Part shown: positions 17,873 through 27,479 of the stretch, piece by piece
How positions within the stretch are numbered: position 1 is the stretch's first letter
How the letters are laid out: each line of letters opens with the position of its first letter
From: Actinomycetes bacterium
GTDB lineage: Bacteria > Actinomycetota > Actinomycetes > Actinomycetales > Microbacteriaceae
DNA length: 64,000 bases
Reading direction: 5' to 3'
Assembly (NCBI GenBank): GCA_023386365.1
Contig: JAEWJX010000079.1
Coordinates: 3,179 to 67,178 of the forward strand
Notes under the pieces: model-generated
The model's database searches: none
The model's input: the letters and a program-made list of their open reading frames with translations, nothing else
What the model was told of the DNA's origin: nothing
Position numbers and translations under genes: made by a program

Positions 17873-19533
17873 GCCGTCGATTCTCGCAGGGATGCGAGCG
17901 CCTCGCGCCGCTCCTCCTGCTCGACCGGATCGGGCACGGGCAGAGAGGCGAGCAGACGCTGCGTGTACGGATGACTCGGCGAACCGAGCACCTCCGGCGT
18001 CGGTCCCGCTTCGACGACCTCGCCGTGGTGCAACACCACGACGCGGTGGGCGACGCGATCGACGACCGCCAGATCGTGGGTGATGAACAGAGACGCGAAT
18101 CCGAAACGTTCCTGCAGTTCCTCGAAGAGCTCCAGCACGCGCGCCTGGACGGACACATCCAGGGCACTCGTCGGCTCGTCGGCAATCAGCAGCTTCGGGT
18201 CGAGCGCGAGCGCACGCGCGAGGCTGGCCCGTTGGCGCTGACCACCCGAAAGCTCGTGCGGGAAGCGGTCGCCGAACGCCTTCGGAAGCTGCACCGCCTC
18301 AAGCAACTCGTCGACCCGATCACGCGCCTCCCGAGGGTTCGCAGCAACGCCGTGGACGATGAGCGGCTCCGCCACACAGTCCGCGATCGTCAGCAGCGGA
18401 TTGAAGCTCGTCGCCGGATCCTGGAAGACGAAGCCGAGTTCCTTACGACGGCGGCGGAACTCGCGTTCGCGCATCCCGAGCATCTCGGTTCCCAGCACCT
18501 GCAGCGAACCCCCAGTGACCGGGGTGAGGCCCGCCATCGCGCGACCGATGGTGGTCTTGCCGGAACCCGACTCACCGACCAGACCCACCACTTCGCCCAC
18601 GGAGATCTCGAAATCGATGCCCTTCACCGCGAGGAACGCCTTGCGTCCGAGGCGCCCGGGGTACTCGATCTGGAGGCCACGAGCCACCACCAGCGGCTCG
18701 GATGCGGCGCCGTTCGGCGCACGCACGGGCCGCTCGACCAACTCGACGCGTGGAACGGCCGCGAGCAGTTTCTGCGTGTACTCGTGCTGCGGAGCCGAGA
18801 ACAGCTGCCGCACCGGGGCCGTCTCGACGATCTCGCCCTGGTACATGACGGCAACACGGTCAGCGAGGTCGGCGACGACGCCCATGTTGTGGGTGATCAG
18901 CACGATCGCGGCCCCGAACTCGTCACGACAGCGACGCAGGAGATCGAGGATCTCCGCCTGCACCGTCACGTCGAGGGCAGTCGTCGGCTCGTCGGCGATC
19001 AGCACCGACGCATCCAGGGCGAGCGCCATCGCGATCACGATGCGCTGCTTCTGGCCGCCGGAGAACTGGTGCGGGTAGTCGTTGACGCGCAGCTCGGGCT
19101 CGGGGATCCCCACCCGGCGCAGCATCTCGACGGCGTGAGCCATCGCCTGCTGCTTCGTGTACTCGCCGTGGGACCGGAGCCCCTCGGCGAGCTGCCACCC
19201 GACCGTGAACACCGGATTCAGTGCGGTCGACGGCTCCTGGAAGATCATCGCCGCCTCGGTGCCCCGCAGCTCGCGAAGACGTTGGGGGCTCACCGTCACG
19301 ATGTCTTCACCGCGCAGCACCACCGCACCCGACACCTCCGCGGTCTCCGGAAGGAGTCCCAGGATGCTTCGCGCGGTCACCGTTTTTCCGGAGCCCGACT
19401 CGCCGACGATCGCCAGCACCTCGCCGGGCGCCACCGACAGATCGACATCGCGCACCGCCGTCACCGCACCGCCATCGGTGTCGAAGCGGATCTGCAGACC
19501 CCGGATGTCGACCGCGGGTTCCGTCGTCGCCAT
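17869..19533 (-). CDS. Fused double-NBD ABC ATPase (DppD/DppF-type)
   Basis: Internal ATG (MATTEPAVDIRGLQIRF) of ORF 17869..19719. Two complete sets of motifs: GESGSGKT / SGGQKQR / LIADEPTTALD / ITHN, and GESGSGKTT / LSGGQRQR / LIADEPTSALD / ITHD. Confidence 0.9.
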   Translation of the reverse strand: MATTEPAVDIRGLQIRFDTDGGAVTAVRDVDLSVAPGEVLAIVGESGSGKTVTARSILGLLPETAEVSGAVVLRGEDIVTVSPQRLRELRGTEAAMIFQEPSTALNPVFTVGWQLAEGLRSHGEYTKQQAMAHAVEMLRRVGIPEPELRVNDYPHQFSGGQKQRIVIAMALALDASVLIADEPTTALDVTVQAEILDLLRRCRDEFGAAIVLITHNMGVVADLADRVAVMYQGEIVETAPVRQLFSAPQHEYTQKLLAAVPRVELVERPVRAPNGAASEPLVVARGLQIEYPGRLGRKAFLAVKGIDFEISVGEVVGLVGESGSGKTTIGRAMAGLTPVTGGSLQVLGTEMLGMREREFRRRRKELGFVFQDPATSFNPLLTIADCVAEPLIVHGVAANPREARDRVDELLEAVQLPKAFGDRFPHELSGGQRQRASLARALALDPKLLIADEPTSALDVSVQARVLELFEELQERFGFASLFITHDLAVVDRVAHRVVVLHHGEVVEAGPTPEVLGSPSHPYTQRLLASLPVPDPVEQEERREALASLRESTA

Positions 19534-20534
19534 CAGAGCACCTCCCCCATCGCATCGCGCGAGACGGGCTGCGTCGCCGCAACCGCATCCGCGGGTGTTG
19601 TCGCCGCACGACGCCGCGCCCGGAGACGCGGATCGGCGAGGTCGTTGAGGCTCTCGCCGATGAGCGTCACACCCAGAACCACGAAGACGATCGCGAGACC
19701 CGGGTATACCGACGTCCACCAGATGCCGCTCGTGACGTCGGCGATCGCCTTGTTGAGGTCATAGCCCCACTCGGCGGCGGAGGTCGGCTGGATACCGAAG
19801 CCGAGGAAGCCGAGGCCCGCGAGGGTGAGGATCGCCTCGGAACTGTTGAGCGTGAAGATCAGTGGCAGCGTGCGCGTCGAGTTGCGGAAGACGTGACGGA
19901 ACATGATGCGCGGCGTCTTCGCGCCGATCACCCGAGCTGACTCGACGAACGCCTCCGACTTGACCCGGATCGTCTCCGAGCGGATCACGCGGAAGTACTG
20001 CGGAATGAAGACGACGGTGATCGAGACCGCGGCAGCCATCACACCGCCCCAGAGGTTCGACTGACCGCCGCTGATGACGATCGCGGCGACGATCGCCAGA
20101 AGCAGTGTGGGGAACGCGAACACGGCATCCGCGATCACGACGGCGACACGGTCGATCCAGCCTCCGACGTAGCCCGACAACAGACCGAGGAGGATGCCGA
20201 CGAAGATCGACAGGATCACGGCGACCACGATCACCAGGAAGGCGGTCTGGGCGCCCCAGATCACGCGCGAAAGCACGTCGTATCCGCCGACGGTGGTGCC
20301 GAACCAGTGCTCGGCACTCGGAGGCTGCTGCGCCCCGAAGAGTCCGCTCTCGCCCCGCAGCTGCGAGAAACCATACGGTGCGATCCACGGCGCGAACGCG
20401 GCGGTCAACAGGAATATGCCGGTGATCACGAGACCCGTGATGAGCATCCCGCGCTGCCAGCCCACCGACTGACGCAGCTGGTGGACGACGGGAAGTTTGC
20501 CGAGCACCGATCGGATCGTGCGCTTCTGGGCCAT
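19533..20534 (-). CDS. ABC transporter permease (DppC/OppC-like)
   Basis: N-terminal OppC_N-like ITGLVITGIFLLTAAFAPWIAPYGF, 6 TM, EAA-like loop (ARVIGAKTPRIMFRHVFRN). Confidence 0.9.
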   Translation of the reverse strand: MAQKRTIRSVLGKLPVVHQLRQSVGWQRGMLITGLVITGIFLLTAAFAPWIAPYGFSQLRGESGLFGAQQPPSAEHWFGTTVGGYDVLSRVIWGAQTAFLVIVVAVILSIFVGILLGLLSGYVGGWIDRVAVVIADAVFAFPTLLLAIVAAIVISGGQSNLWGGVMAAAVSITVVFIPQYFRVIRSETIRVKSEAFVESARVIGAKTPRIMFRHVFRNSTRTLPLIFTLNSSEAILTLAGLGFLGFGIQPTSAAEWGYDLNKAIADVTSGIWWTSVYPGLAIVFVVLGVTLIGESLNDLADPRLRARRRAATTPADAVAATQPVSRDAMGEVL

Positions 20535-21625
20535 CAGTACCTCACCCGGGGATCGATGAGCGCCGCAATGATGTCGACGATGAAGTTGGTGAGCGCGACC
20601 ACGACGGCAAGCAGCGCGACGATGCCCTGCACGGCCACGAAGTCACGCGCCGAGAGGTAGTGCGTGAGCTGGAACCCGAGCCCCTGCCACTCGAACGTGG
20701 TCTCGGTGAGCACCGCACCGCCGAGCAACAGGGCGATCTGCAACCCGATGACCGTGATGATCGGGATGAGCGCCGGCTTGTAGGCGTGCTTGCGAACGAG
20801 ACGGTACTCGGTCACTCCGCGGCTGCGAGCGGCATCCACGTATGGCATCGACAGCGTGCCGATGACGTTGGTGCGGACCAGGCGAAGGAAGATGCCCGCC
20901 GTCAGCAGGCCGAGCGTGATGCCCGGCAGGATGGCGTGCTGCAGCACGTCCGAGATGTACGCGGGGTTGCCGGAGCGGATCGCATCGATGAGATAGATGC
21001 CGGTCGCGCCATCCATCCGCCCCAGAGCCAACTCGGTTCGCACACTCGCACGACCCGACACCGGGAGCCAGCCCAGCCACACCGAGAAGACGAGCTTGAA
21101 CAGCAGGCCGCTGAAGAACACAGGCGTGGCGTAGCAGAGGATCGCGAAGATGCGCAGTGCCGCATCGCCCCAACGGTCGCGGATCGCCGCGGCGACCATG
21201 CCGAGCGGGATACCGATGATGAACGCCACGATGAGGGCGTAGATCGCGAGTTCGAGGGTGGCCGCGCCATAGCGGAAGAGGATGTCGACCACCGGCTGGT
21301 TGTCGGTGAGCGTCGTGCCGAAGTTGCCGGTGAAGACCTGACCCAGGTACTCCAGGTACTGCACGATGATCGGCCGGTCGAAACCCGCCTCCGCGCGACG
21401 CTGTGCGAGTTCCTCAGCACCGAGACGGCCGCCGAGTGCAGCCGTGATCGGGTCGCCGATCAGCCGCATGAAGATGAAGACCATCGTCACGAGGATGAAG
21501 ACGGTCGGGAAGATAAGGAGGAACCGGACGAAGAGATAGCGTCCGAGCGATCCGCCGACTTTGCGGCGCCGTCGTGACGCCGATGTCGGCGCTCCGGGCG
21601 CCGGCGCTGTGGCCGTCGTCGTCAT
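20534..21625 (-). CDS. ABC transporter permease (DppB/OppB-like)
   Basis: LGWLPVSGR motif, ARSRGVTEYRLVRKHAYKPALIPIITV loop, 6 TM. Confidence 0.9.
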   Translation of the reverse strand: MTTTATAPAPGAPTSASRRRRKVGGSLGRYLFVRFLLIFPTVFILVTMVFIFMRLIGDPITAALGGRLGAEELAQRRAEAGFDRPIIVQYLEYLGQVFTGNFGTTLTDNQPVVDILFRYGAATLELAIYALIVAFIIGIPLGMVAAAIRDRWGDAALRIFAILCYATPVFFSGLLFKLVFSVWLGWLPVSGRASVRTELALGRMDGATGIYLIDAIRSGNPAYISDVLQHAILPGITLGLLTAGIFLRLVRTNVIGTLSMPYVDAARSRGVTEYRLVRKHAYKPALIPIITVIGLQIALLLGGAVLTETTFEWQGLGFQLTHYLSARDFVAVQGIVALLAVVVALTNFIVDIIAALIDPRVRY

Positions 21626-21659
21626 AGAGATGAGTTGCCTGTCTGTCTTTCAGCAACGG

Positions 21660-21691
21660 GCGGTGGGGCGACCCGGGGGCCGCCCCACCGC
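21660..21691 (-). other. Intercistronic stem-loop between the binding-protein and permease genes
   Basis: GCGGTGGGGCG (10-nt loop) CGCCCCACCGC, a perfect 11-bp G/C stem in the 102-nt gap. No T-run follows. Confidence 0.4.
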
Positions 21692-21727
21692 TCGTGGAGT
21701 GCTACCTGTCTACTACGTTCTGCTCGA

Positions 21728-23344
21728 TCAGCGGGTGATCGAAGCGAAGCGCAGCTTGAACGACGCGTCGAGCACGACGCCGTTGACGTCCGCACCGGCG
21801 ACCGCGACCTGCGCGCCCTGCAGGAGCGGGACCGTCGAGAGCTGCTCGGCGACCATGTCCTGGATCTGCTCGATGAGCGCGGTGCGCTCCGCGGCATCCG
21901 GGGTGACAGCCTGCTTCAGGATGGCGTCGTTGACGGCCTGGTCCGAGAAGTGGTTACCGAGGAAGTTCTCCGTGAGGAAGAACGGCGTCAGGTAGTTGTC
22001 GGCGTCCGAGTAGTCCGGGAACCAGCCGAGCTGGTACGCGGGGTAGACATCCGACGTGCGGTCCTCCGAGTACTGGACCCACTCGGTCGACTGCAGGTCG
22101 ACCGAGAACAGGCCGTCAGCCTCGAGCTGGTCCTTGATCATCGCGTACTCGTCGCCGGACGACGGGCCGTAGTGGTCGGGGCTGAACTGCAGGCTCAGCT
22201 TCACCGGGGTGGCGACGCCGGCGGCCTCGAGGGTCTCCTTGGCCTTCGCCGCGTCGGGACCACCCTCACCATCGCCGTAGAGGCCCTTGAGCGACTCGGT
22301 CGCACCGGCGAAGCCCTCGGGAACGTAGGAGTACAGGGGCGTGTAGGTGCCCTTGTAGACCTGCTCCGAGATGGCGTCGCGGTCGATCAGGTCGGCCAGC
22401 GCCTGACGCACGGCGAGAGCCTTGGCCGGGTCGGCCTCCGGCGTCGTCGCACCGTACGGCTGCGTGTTGAAGTTGAACACGATGTAGCGGATCTCTCCAC
22501 CGGGGCCGTCGATGACCTGGACGTCGTCGTTGCCACGCAGATCGTCGACATCGGTCGCCGACAGGCTGCGGTACGCCACGTCGATGTCGCCCTTCTCGAC
22601 CTCGAGCTTGAGGTTGGAGGACTCGGCGTAGTAGTTGAGAATCACGCTGTCGTTCGACGCGGCGTCGATGAGGCCCTTGTACTCGTCGTTCGGCGCGAAC
22701 TCGACCACGTTGTTGAAGTCGTAGTCGGTGATGACGTACGGACCACCGAAGGCGTTGGCCTTCACGATGTCGGCGTCCGGGGTGAGCGCGTCAGCCGAGA
22801 AGGACTCCTCGTCGACGATCGCACCCGGGAAGCTGGTGAGGATGAACGGGAAGACCTGGTCGTTCTCGGTCTTCAGGTGGAAGACGACCGTGGTGTCGTC
22901 GACCGCTTCGACGGTGTCGAGGTTGTAGAGAAGGCTCGAGGCGCCGTTCGGGTCTGCGATCGCGATGTTGCGCTCGAAGGAGAACACCACATCCGAGGAG
23001 GTGAGGTCGTTGCCGTTGGCCCACTTGAGGCCGGCGGGCAGGGTGACCGTGTACTCGCTCGGCGACGTGAACTCCGCCGACTCGGCGAGGTCGGGCACGA
23101 CGTCGGTCGAGTTGTAGTCGGTGTTCACGAGGTACGGGAAGACCTGGGTCTGAACGGCGAGCGAGCCGTTGTCGTACGAACCGGCCGGGTCGAGCGTGGT
23201 GACCTTGTCGGTGGTGCCGACGATGATGACGTTGTCGCCACCGGCGTCGGACGAGCCGGTCGCGCAACCGGCAAGAACCAGCCCGGCCGCGACCGGGATG
23301 GTGACCGCGGCCAGCAGGCGCGGCGTGCGAGAGACGGATGCCAT
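21728..23344 (-). CDS. ABC transporter substrate-binding lipoprotein, family 5 (peptide/nickel type)
   Basis: Signal peptide plus lipobox (VAAGLVLAGCATGS) from the internal ATG MASVSR. An alternative ATG lies at 23359. Size and sequence are typical of SBP_bac_5. Confidence 0.85.
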   Translation of the reverse strand: MASVSRTPRLLAAVTIPVAAGLVLAGCATGSSDAGGDNVIIVGTTDKVTTLDPAGSYDNGSLAVQTQVFPYLVNTDYNSTDVVPDLAESAEFTSPSEYTVTLPAGLKWANGNDLTSSDVVFSFERNIAIADPNGASSLLYNLDTVEAVDDTTVVFHLKTENDQVFPFILTSFPGAIVDEESFSADALTPDADIVKANAFGGPYVITDYDFNNVVEFAPNDEYKGLIDAASNDSVILNYYAESSNLKLEVEKGDIDVAYRSLSATDVDDLRGNDDVQVIDGPGGEIRYIVFNFNTQPYGATTPEADPAKALAVRQALADLIDRDAISEQVYKGTYTPLYSYVPEGFAGATESLKGLYGDGEGGPDAAKAKETLEAAGVATPVKLSLQFSPDHYGPSSGDEYAMIKDQLEADGLFSVDLQSTEWVQYSEDRTSDVYPAYQLGWFPDYSDADNYLTPFFLTENFLGNHFSDQAVNDAILKQAVTPDAAERTALIEQIQDMVAEQLSTVPLLQGAQVAVAGADVNGVVLDASFKLRFASITR

Positions 23345-23466
23345 ATCCGTGTACCCCATTCCTCTGTTATGTGCAGGAGTCCGCACGGCCGAGCGGCCGT
23401 GCGCGACCTACAAGGTCTAGCACAGGCGCGAGGCACCCCTCGTTCCGGGCACCCTGCCGGTGCGTT

Positions 23467-23495
23467 TATTTACTGCATCGAAATGTTTCACGCAA
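23467..23495 (-). promoter_or_regulatory. Candidate sigma-70-type promoter of the ABC operon
   Basis: Minus strand reads TTGCGT-17 nt-TAAATA, in the only A/T-rich patch of the dnaG/SBP intergenic region. Confidence 0.4.
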
Positions 23496-23549
23496 CGAAG
23501 CTGCGCGAGCGCCCGGTAGATGCAGATTCATGAAGCAGGTGCGCAACAA

Positions 23550-25439
23550 TCACTCGCCGCGGAGTTCGCGCCGTTCGCTCTCGAGAGCGGCCGATTCCCG
23601 ACTCAGCGCCGCCTCGCGCGCCTGATCGCCGTCGGACCGCGCGCGCTGCATCGCCCCCAACACCTCGCTCTTGCGGCGGAGCAGATCGCGGTCGACGAGG
23701 GACGTGACGACGCCCACGCAGTAGGTGGCGAGCTGTTCCTTGCGTTCCGGGATGGGGGCGACCCCGAGCTGCGTCACGAAGGTGCCGAATCCTGTGGGTA
23801 CGTCGTCCGCCACACGCTGCAACCACTCCGGCGTCGTCAGGTGGTCGAGGTTGGCCCGCACGGCGTCGCGCACGATCGCCAAGGTGGCATTGGTGAAACG
23901 CGCCTCCACCGCTTTGCCCACCAGACTGGCGCCGACGGCCTCCGGGTACTGCAGGATCGCCATCAGGGCGTCCCGCTCCATGCGGGTGACCGGGTCGGTC
24001 GGCAGCTCGGTGAGGTTCGCCCCGCGCGGCGGCGGCGGCTCGACGGGCTCGTCCCCCGGCCGGCGCGACGCGGGCTCGGCGCGTGGCTCGGCGCGCTGTG
24101 CCGTGTTGGCCGCACTCGTGACCGCGCGACCCACCTCGCCCGGATCCATCCCGAGCCACCCCGCCAGGTTGCGCACGTACCCGACGCTGAGCGCGCGATC
24201 GCGGATGCCCGCAACCACCGGCGCCGATGCACGCAGCGCCGCCACACGACCCTCGACGGTCTCGAGGTCGTGCCCGGCGAGACGCCGACGGATCATGAAC
24301 TCGAACATCGGCTTGCGTGTGGCGATCAGCTGGCGGACGGCCTCGTCGCCGCGGTGGATGCGCAGGTCACACGGGTCGAGGTTGTCGGGCGCGACAGCGA
24401 CGAAGGTCTGTGCCGCGAACCGCTGCTCCTCGGCGAAGGCGCGGCTCGCCGCGCGCTGGCCCGCCTCATCCGGGTCGAAGGTGAAGACCACCTCGCCCGT
24501 CGAGGAGGCGTCCGCGTTCTCGACGTCGCCCAGCACACGCCGCACCACCTTGATGTGGTCGACGCCGAACGCCGTGCCGCAGGTGGCCACCGCGGTCGTG
24601 ACACCCGCGAGGTGGCACGCCATCACGTCCGTGTAGCCCTCCACGATCACCACCTGCTTGCCCTTGGCGATGTCGCGGCGCGCAAGGTCGAGACCGTAGA
24701 GCACCTGGCTCTTGTGGAAGACCAGCGTCTCCGGGGTGTTCAGGTACTTCGGGCCCTGGTCGTCGTCGAACAGCTTGCGCGCGCCGAAGCCGACCGTCTG
24801 CCCGGTGACGTCGCGGATGGGCCAGATCACCCGGCCACGGAAGCGGTCGTACGTGTTGCCGCGCTCCCCCGTGGAGAGCAGACCCGCCGCCGTGAGCTCG
24901 TCGGCCGAGAACCCCTGCCGCGTGAGGGCGTTCTTGAGGGCGTCGAACGACTTCGGCGCGTACCCGACGCCGAAACGCTCCGCCGCCGCCTGGTCGAAGC
25001 CGCGGCTGCCGAGGAAGTCACGGCCCGGCTGGGCGCCCGGCTCGGCGAGCTGCTCGCGGAAGAACTTCTCCGCGGCCCCGTTCGCCGCGAGCAGGCGGGC
25101 ACGGTTGCCATGATCGGATGCCGGACCCGAGCCGTCTTCGTAGTGCAACTCGATACCGACCCGCCCCGCCATCCGCTCCACGGCCTCCTGGAAGGAGACG
25201 TGGTCCATCCGCTGCAGGAAGGTGAAGACGTCGCCGTCCTCCCCGCACCCGAAGCAGTGGTAGCGCCCCACCTGCGGACGCACGTGGAAACTGGGGCTGC
25301 GCTCCTCGTGGAACGGGCACAGGCCCTTCAGCGAGCCGACACCGGCGGACTTGAGGGTCACGTAGTCGCCGACCACATCCGCGATGTTCACGCGGGACCG
25401 GACCTCGTCGATGTCGCTTCTGCGAATGAGGCCGGGCAT
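23550..25439 (-). CDS. dnaG: DNA primase
   Basis: Internal ATG (MPGLIRRSDIDEVRSRVNIADVVGDYV). Zinc finger CPFHEERSPSFHV...YHCFGCG. TOPRIM region VVIVEGYTDVMA. Confidence 0.95.
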   Translation of the reverse strand: MPGLIRRSDIDEVRSRVNIADVVGDYVTLKSAGVGSLKGLCPFHEERSPSFHVRPQVGRYHCFGCGEDGDVFTFLQRMDHVSFQEAVERMAGRVGIELHYEDGSGPASDHGNRARLLAANGAAEKFFREQLAEPGAQPGRDFLGSRGFDQAAAERFGVGYAPKSFDALKNALTRQGFSADELTAAGLLSTGERGNTYDRFRGRVIWPIRDVTGQTVGFGARKLFDDDQGPKYLNTPETLVFHKSQVLYGLDLARRDIAKGKQVVIVEGYTDVMACHLAGVTTAVATCGTAFGVDHIKVVRRVLGDVENADASSTGEVVFTFDPDEAGQRAASRAFAEEQRFAAQTFVAVAPDNLDPCDLRIHRGDEAVRQLIATRKPMFEFMIRRRLAGHDLETVEGRVAALRASAPVVAGIRDRALSVGYVRNLAGWLGMDPGEVGRAVTSAANTAQRAEPRAEPASRRPGDEPVEPPPPRGANLTELPTDPVTRMERDALMAILQYPEAVGASLVGKAVEARFTNATLAIVRDAVRANLDHLTTPEWLQRVADDVPTGFGTFVTQLGVAPIPERKEQLATYCVGVVTSLVDRDLLRRKSEVLGAMQRARSDGDQAREAALSRESAALESERRELRGE

Positions 25440-25542
25440 GAGAGCGATTCTAGGAGCGCGGAGGCCCCCGCGCCCGACGCCCCTCACAGACGCGGCGGAC
25501 GCCGGGGGTCACACGCCGACCACATGCGTTATCTTCGGCGGC

Positions 25543-26211
25543 ATGTCCCCCCACCTGACCCTGGCGATCCTGCTGATCGCGGTACCCGTCGCCTTCAATC
25601 TCGCGTACGGGCTCCTGGCGTGGCGCTTCTCGTACCCGGGGATCCTGCGCCGCCCCACGGCCGAGATCCTGGAGCGCTTCCACGCCGGCGGCAGCGGCCT
25701 CCGACTGCTCTGGTGGTTCTTCGCCCTCACCGCGCTGGCCTTCCTGCCGATCCCGGTGCTCGCCGCCGAACTGGTGCCCGACCGCGCCGTCGCCACCCTC
25801 GGCCTCGTCGTCGGCGTGGTCGCCGCGCTCGTCCAGGGTCTCGGCCTCATCCGATGGGTGTTCCTCGTCCCGCACCTGGCACGCGAGTCCCAGGCCGGCG
25901 CCGACCCACGGACCGTCGACCTCGTGTTCCAGTCATTCCATCGCTACCTCGGCGTGGCCGTAGGCGAGCACCTCGGCTACCTCGGGACGGGCGCATGGAC
26001 GATCCTGATCGCCCTCGGAGCGGCGCCCCTGCTCCCAGCGTGGCTCGTGATCTCCGGCGTGGTGATCGGCCTCATGCTGCTCGTCGGCGCGCTCGAGTTC
26101 GTCGGCCCGTTCGAGGAACGCGGATGGGCGTTCGCGGGCATCCTCGTGCCGGTCGCCTACGTGCTGTGGTCGCTCTGGCTCATCGCCCTCGGCGTGCTGC
26201 TGCTGACCTGA
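25543..26211 (+). CDS. Polytopic membrane protein (DUF4386-like)
   Basis: Internal ATG (MSPHLTLAILLIAVPVAFNLAYG) of ORF 25384..26211, about 6 hydrophobic helices. The family name is from memory only. Confidence 0.55.
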   Translation: MSPHLTLAILLIAVPVAFNLAYGLLAWRFSYPGILRRPTAEILERFHAGGSGLRLLWWFFALTALAFLPIPVLAAELVPDRAVATLGLVVGVVAALVQGLGLIRWVFLVPHLARESQAGADPRTVDLVFQSFHRYLGVAVGEHLGYLGTGAWTILIALGAAPLLPAWLVISGVVIGLMLLVGALEFVGPFEERGWAFAGILVPVAYVLWSLWLIALGVLLLT

Positions 26212-26213
26212 CG

Positions 26214-27479
26214 TCAGGACGCGAGGCGCTCGTGCCAGGTGTTCGCCGACGGGTCGGTGAGGGATGCCACCTGATCGACCACCACACGCTTGCGGGCGGT
26301 GTCGTCGGGCGCGGCCGCGAAGTCGCCCGCGAAGCCCACATCGAGGTGCGACGGGTCGGCCCACAACGCATCCGCCAACTCGGTGAGCACCTCACGCTGG
26401 CGCGCGTAGATCGGCTTGCGCGCGTTCGTCGACATCACGTTCGCGGCCACGATGCCCTTCAGCACCGCGATCTCGGCGCGCGTCTCGAGCGGCACCACCA
26501 CATCCGCGCCGAAACGCACCAGCGCCGTCTGCGGGTACGCGTCGCGCGTGGCGCGAACCGCCTCGGCCGAGAACCGACCGATGAGTTGCGACGTGAGGTT
26601 CTTGAGGCGCGCGAGGTCGCGTCGCGAGCCGTCCCAGGTGTCGACCCAGTCCGGGAGGCTGTCGAGCCGATCGAACGCGGCGATCAGTGTGTCGTGGTCG
26701 AGCTCACCGCCGATCCACTCCACCATGCTGTCGACCAGGGCGTCGTGATTCACCCGGGCCGACAGGGCGCGCACGTCGAGGTAGCCGGTGATGATCGCAT
26801 CCTCCAGGTCGTGCACCGAGTAGGCGATGTCGTCGGAGAGATCCATCACCTGCGCCTCGATGCACCGCACCCGCGGCGGAGCCCCCGCGCGCAGCCAGAC
26901 GAAGGCGGGCGTGTCGTCGGCGTAGAACCCGAACTTGCTGCGGCCCGACGGGTCGGGGATGCCCTCCTGCTCGGGCCACGGGTACTTGCAGCTGGCGTCC
27001 AAGCTCGCACGGGTGAGATTGAGCCCGAACGCCCGGCCGTCTGCGTCGAAAACCTTCGGCTCGAGCCGCGTCAGAAGACGCAGCGTCTGCGCGTTGCCCT
27101 CGAAGCCACCAATGTCGCTCGCCCAGTCGTTGAGCGCCCGCTCGCCGTTGTGCCCGTACGGCGGATGCCCGAGATCGTGCGCGAGGCATGCGGTGTCGAC
27201 CACATCCGGGTCGAGATCCAGGTTCACCGCCAGCTCGCGACCCACCTGCGCCACCTCGAGCGAATGGGTGAGACGGTTGCGGGCGAAGTCGAGACCTGCG
27301 GTCGGCGACAGCACCTGCGTCTTCACCGCCAGTCGTCGCAGCGCGCTCGAGTGCAGGATGCGCGCCCGATCGCGCGCGAAATCGCTGCGGCGGGTCGAAT
27401 GCTGCTCCGGGAGCATCCGCTCCGCGTCGGCGTCGCCGTATCCCGGGGCGAGCACGGCGCCCGGCGACCGGTCAGCCAC
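26214..27479 (-). CDS. dgt: dGTPase-family HD phosphohydrolase
   Basis: FARDRARILHSSALRRLAVKTQV, RLTHSLEVAQVGRELA, LAHDLGHPPYGHNGE. The ORF-track frame runs on into dus. I place the start at GTG 27479 (alternative GTG 27455), which overlaps the dus stop by 8 nt. Confidence 0.85.
   Translation of the reverse strand: MADRSPGAVLAPGYGDADAERMLPEQHSTRRSDFARDRARILHSSALRRLAVKTQVLSPTAGLDFARNRLTHSLEVAQVGRELAVNLDLDPDVVDTACLAHDLGHPPYGHNGERALNDWASDIGGFEGNAQTLRLLTRLEPKVFDADGRAFGLNLTRASLDASCKYPWPEQEGIPDPSGRSKFGFYADDTPAFVWLRAGAPPRVRCIEAQVMDLSDDIAYSVHDLEDAIITGYLDVRALSARVNHDALVDSMVEWIGGELDHDTLIAAFDRLDSLPDWVDTWDGSRRDLARLKNLTSQLIGRFSAEAVRATRDAYPQTALVRFGADVVVPLETRAEIAVLKGIVAANVMSTNARKPIYARQREVLTELADALWADPSHLDVGFAGDFAAAPDDTARKRVVVDQVASLTDPSANTWHERLAS

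Noticed and set aside
26214-27479. The dGTPase as an anti-phage dNTP-depletion defence gene.
   Set aside because: It sits in the conserved housekeeping context dus-dgt-dnaG and overlaps dus. No other defence-island features are nearby.
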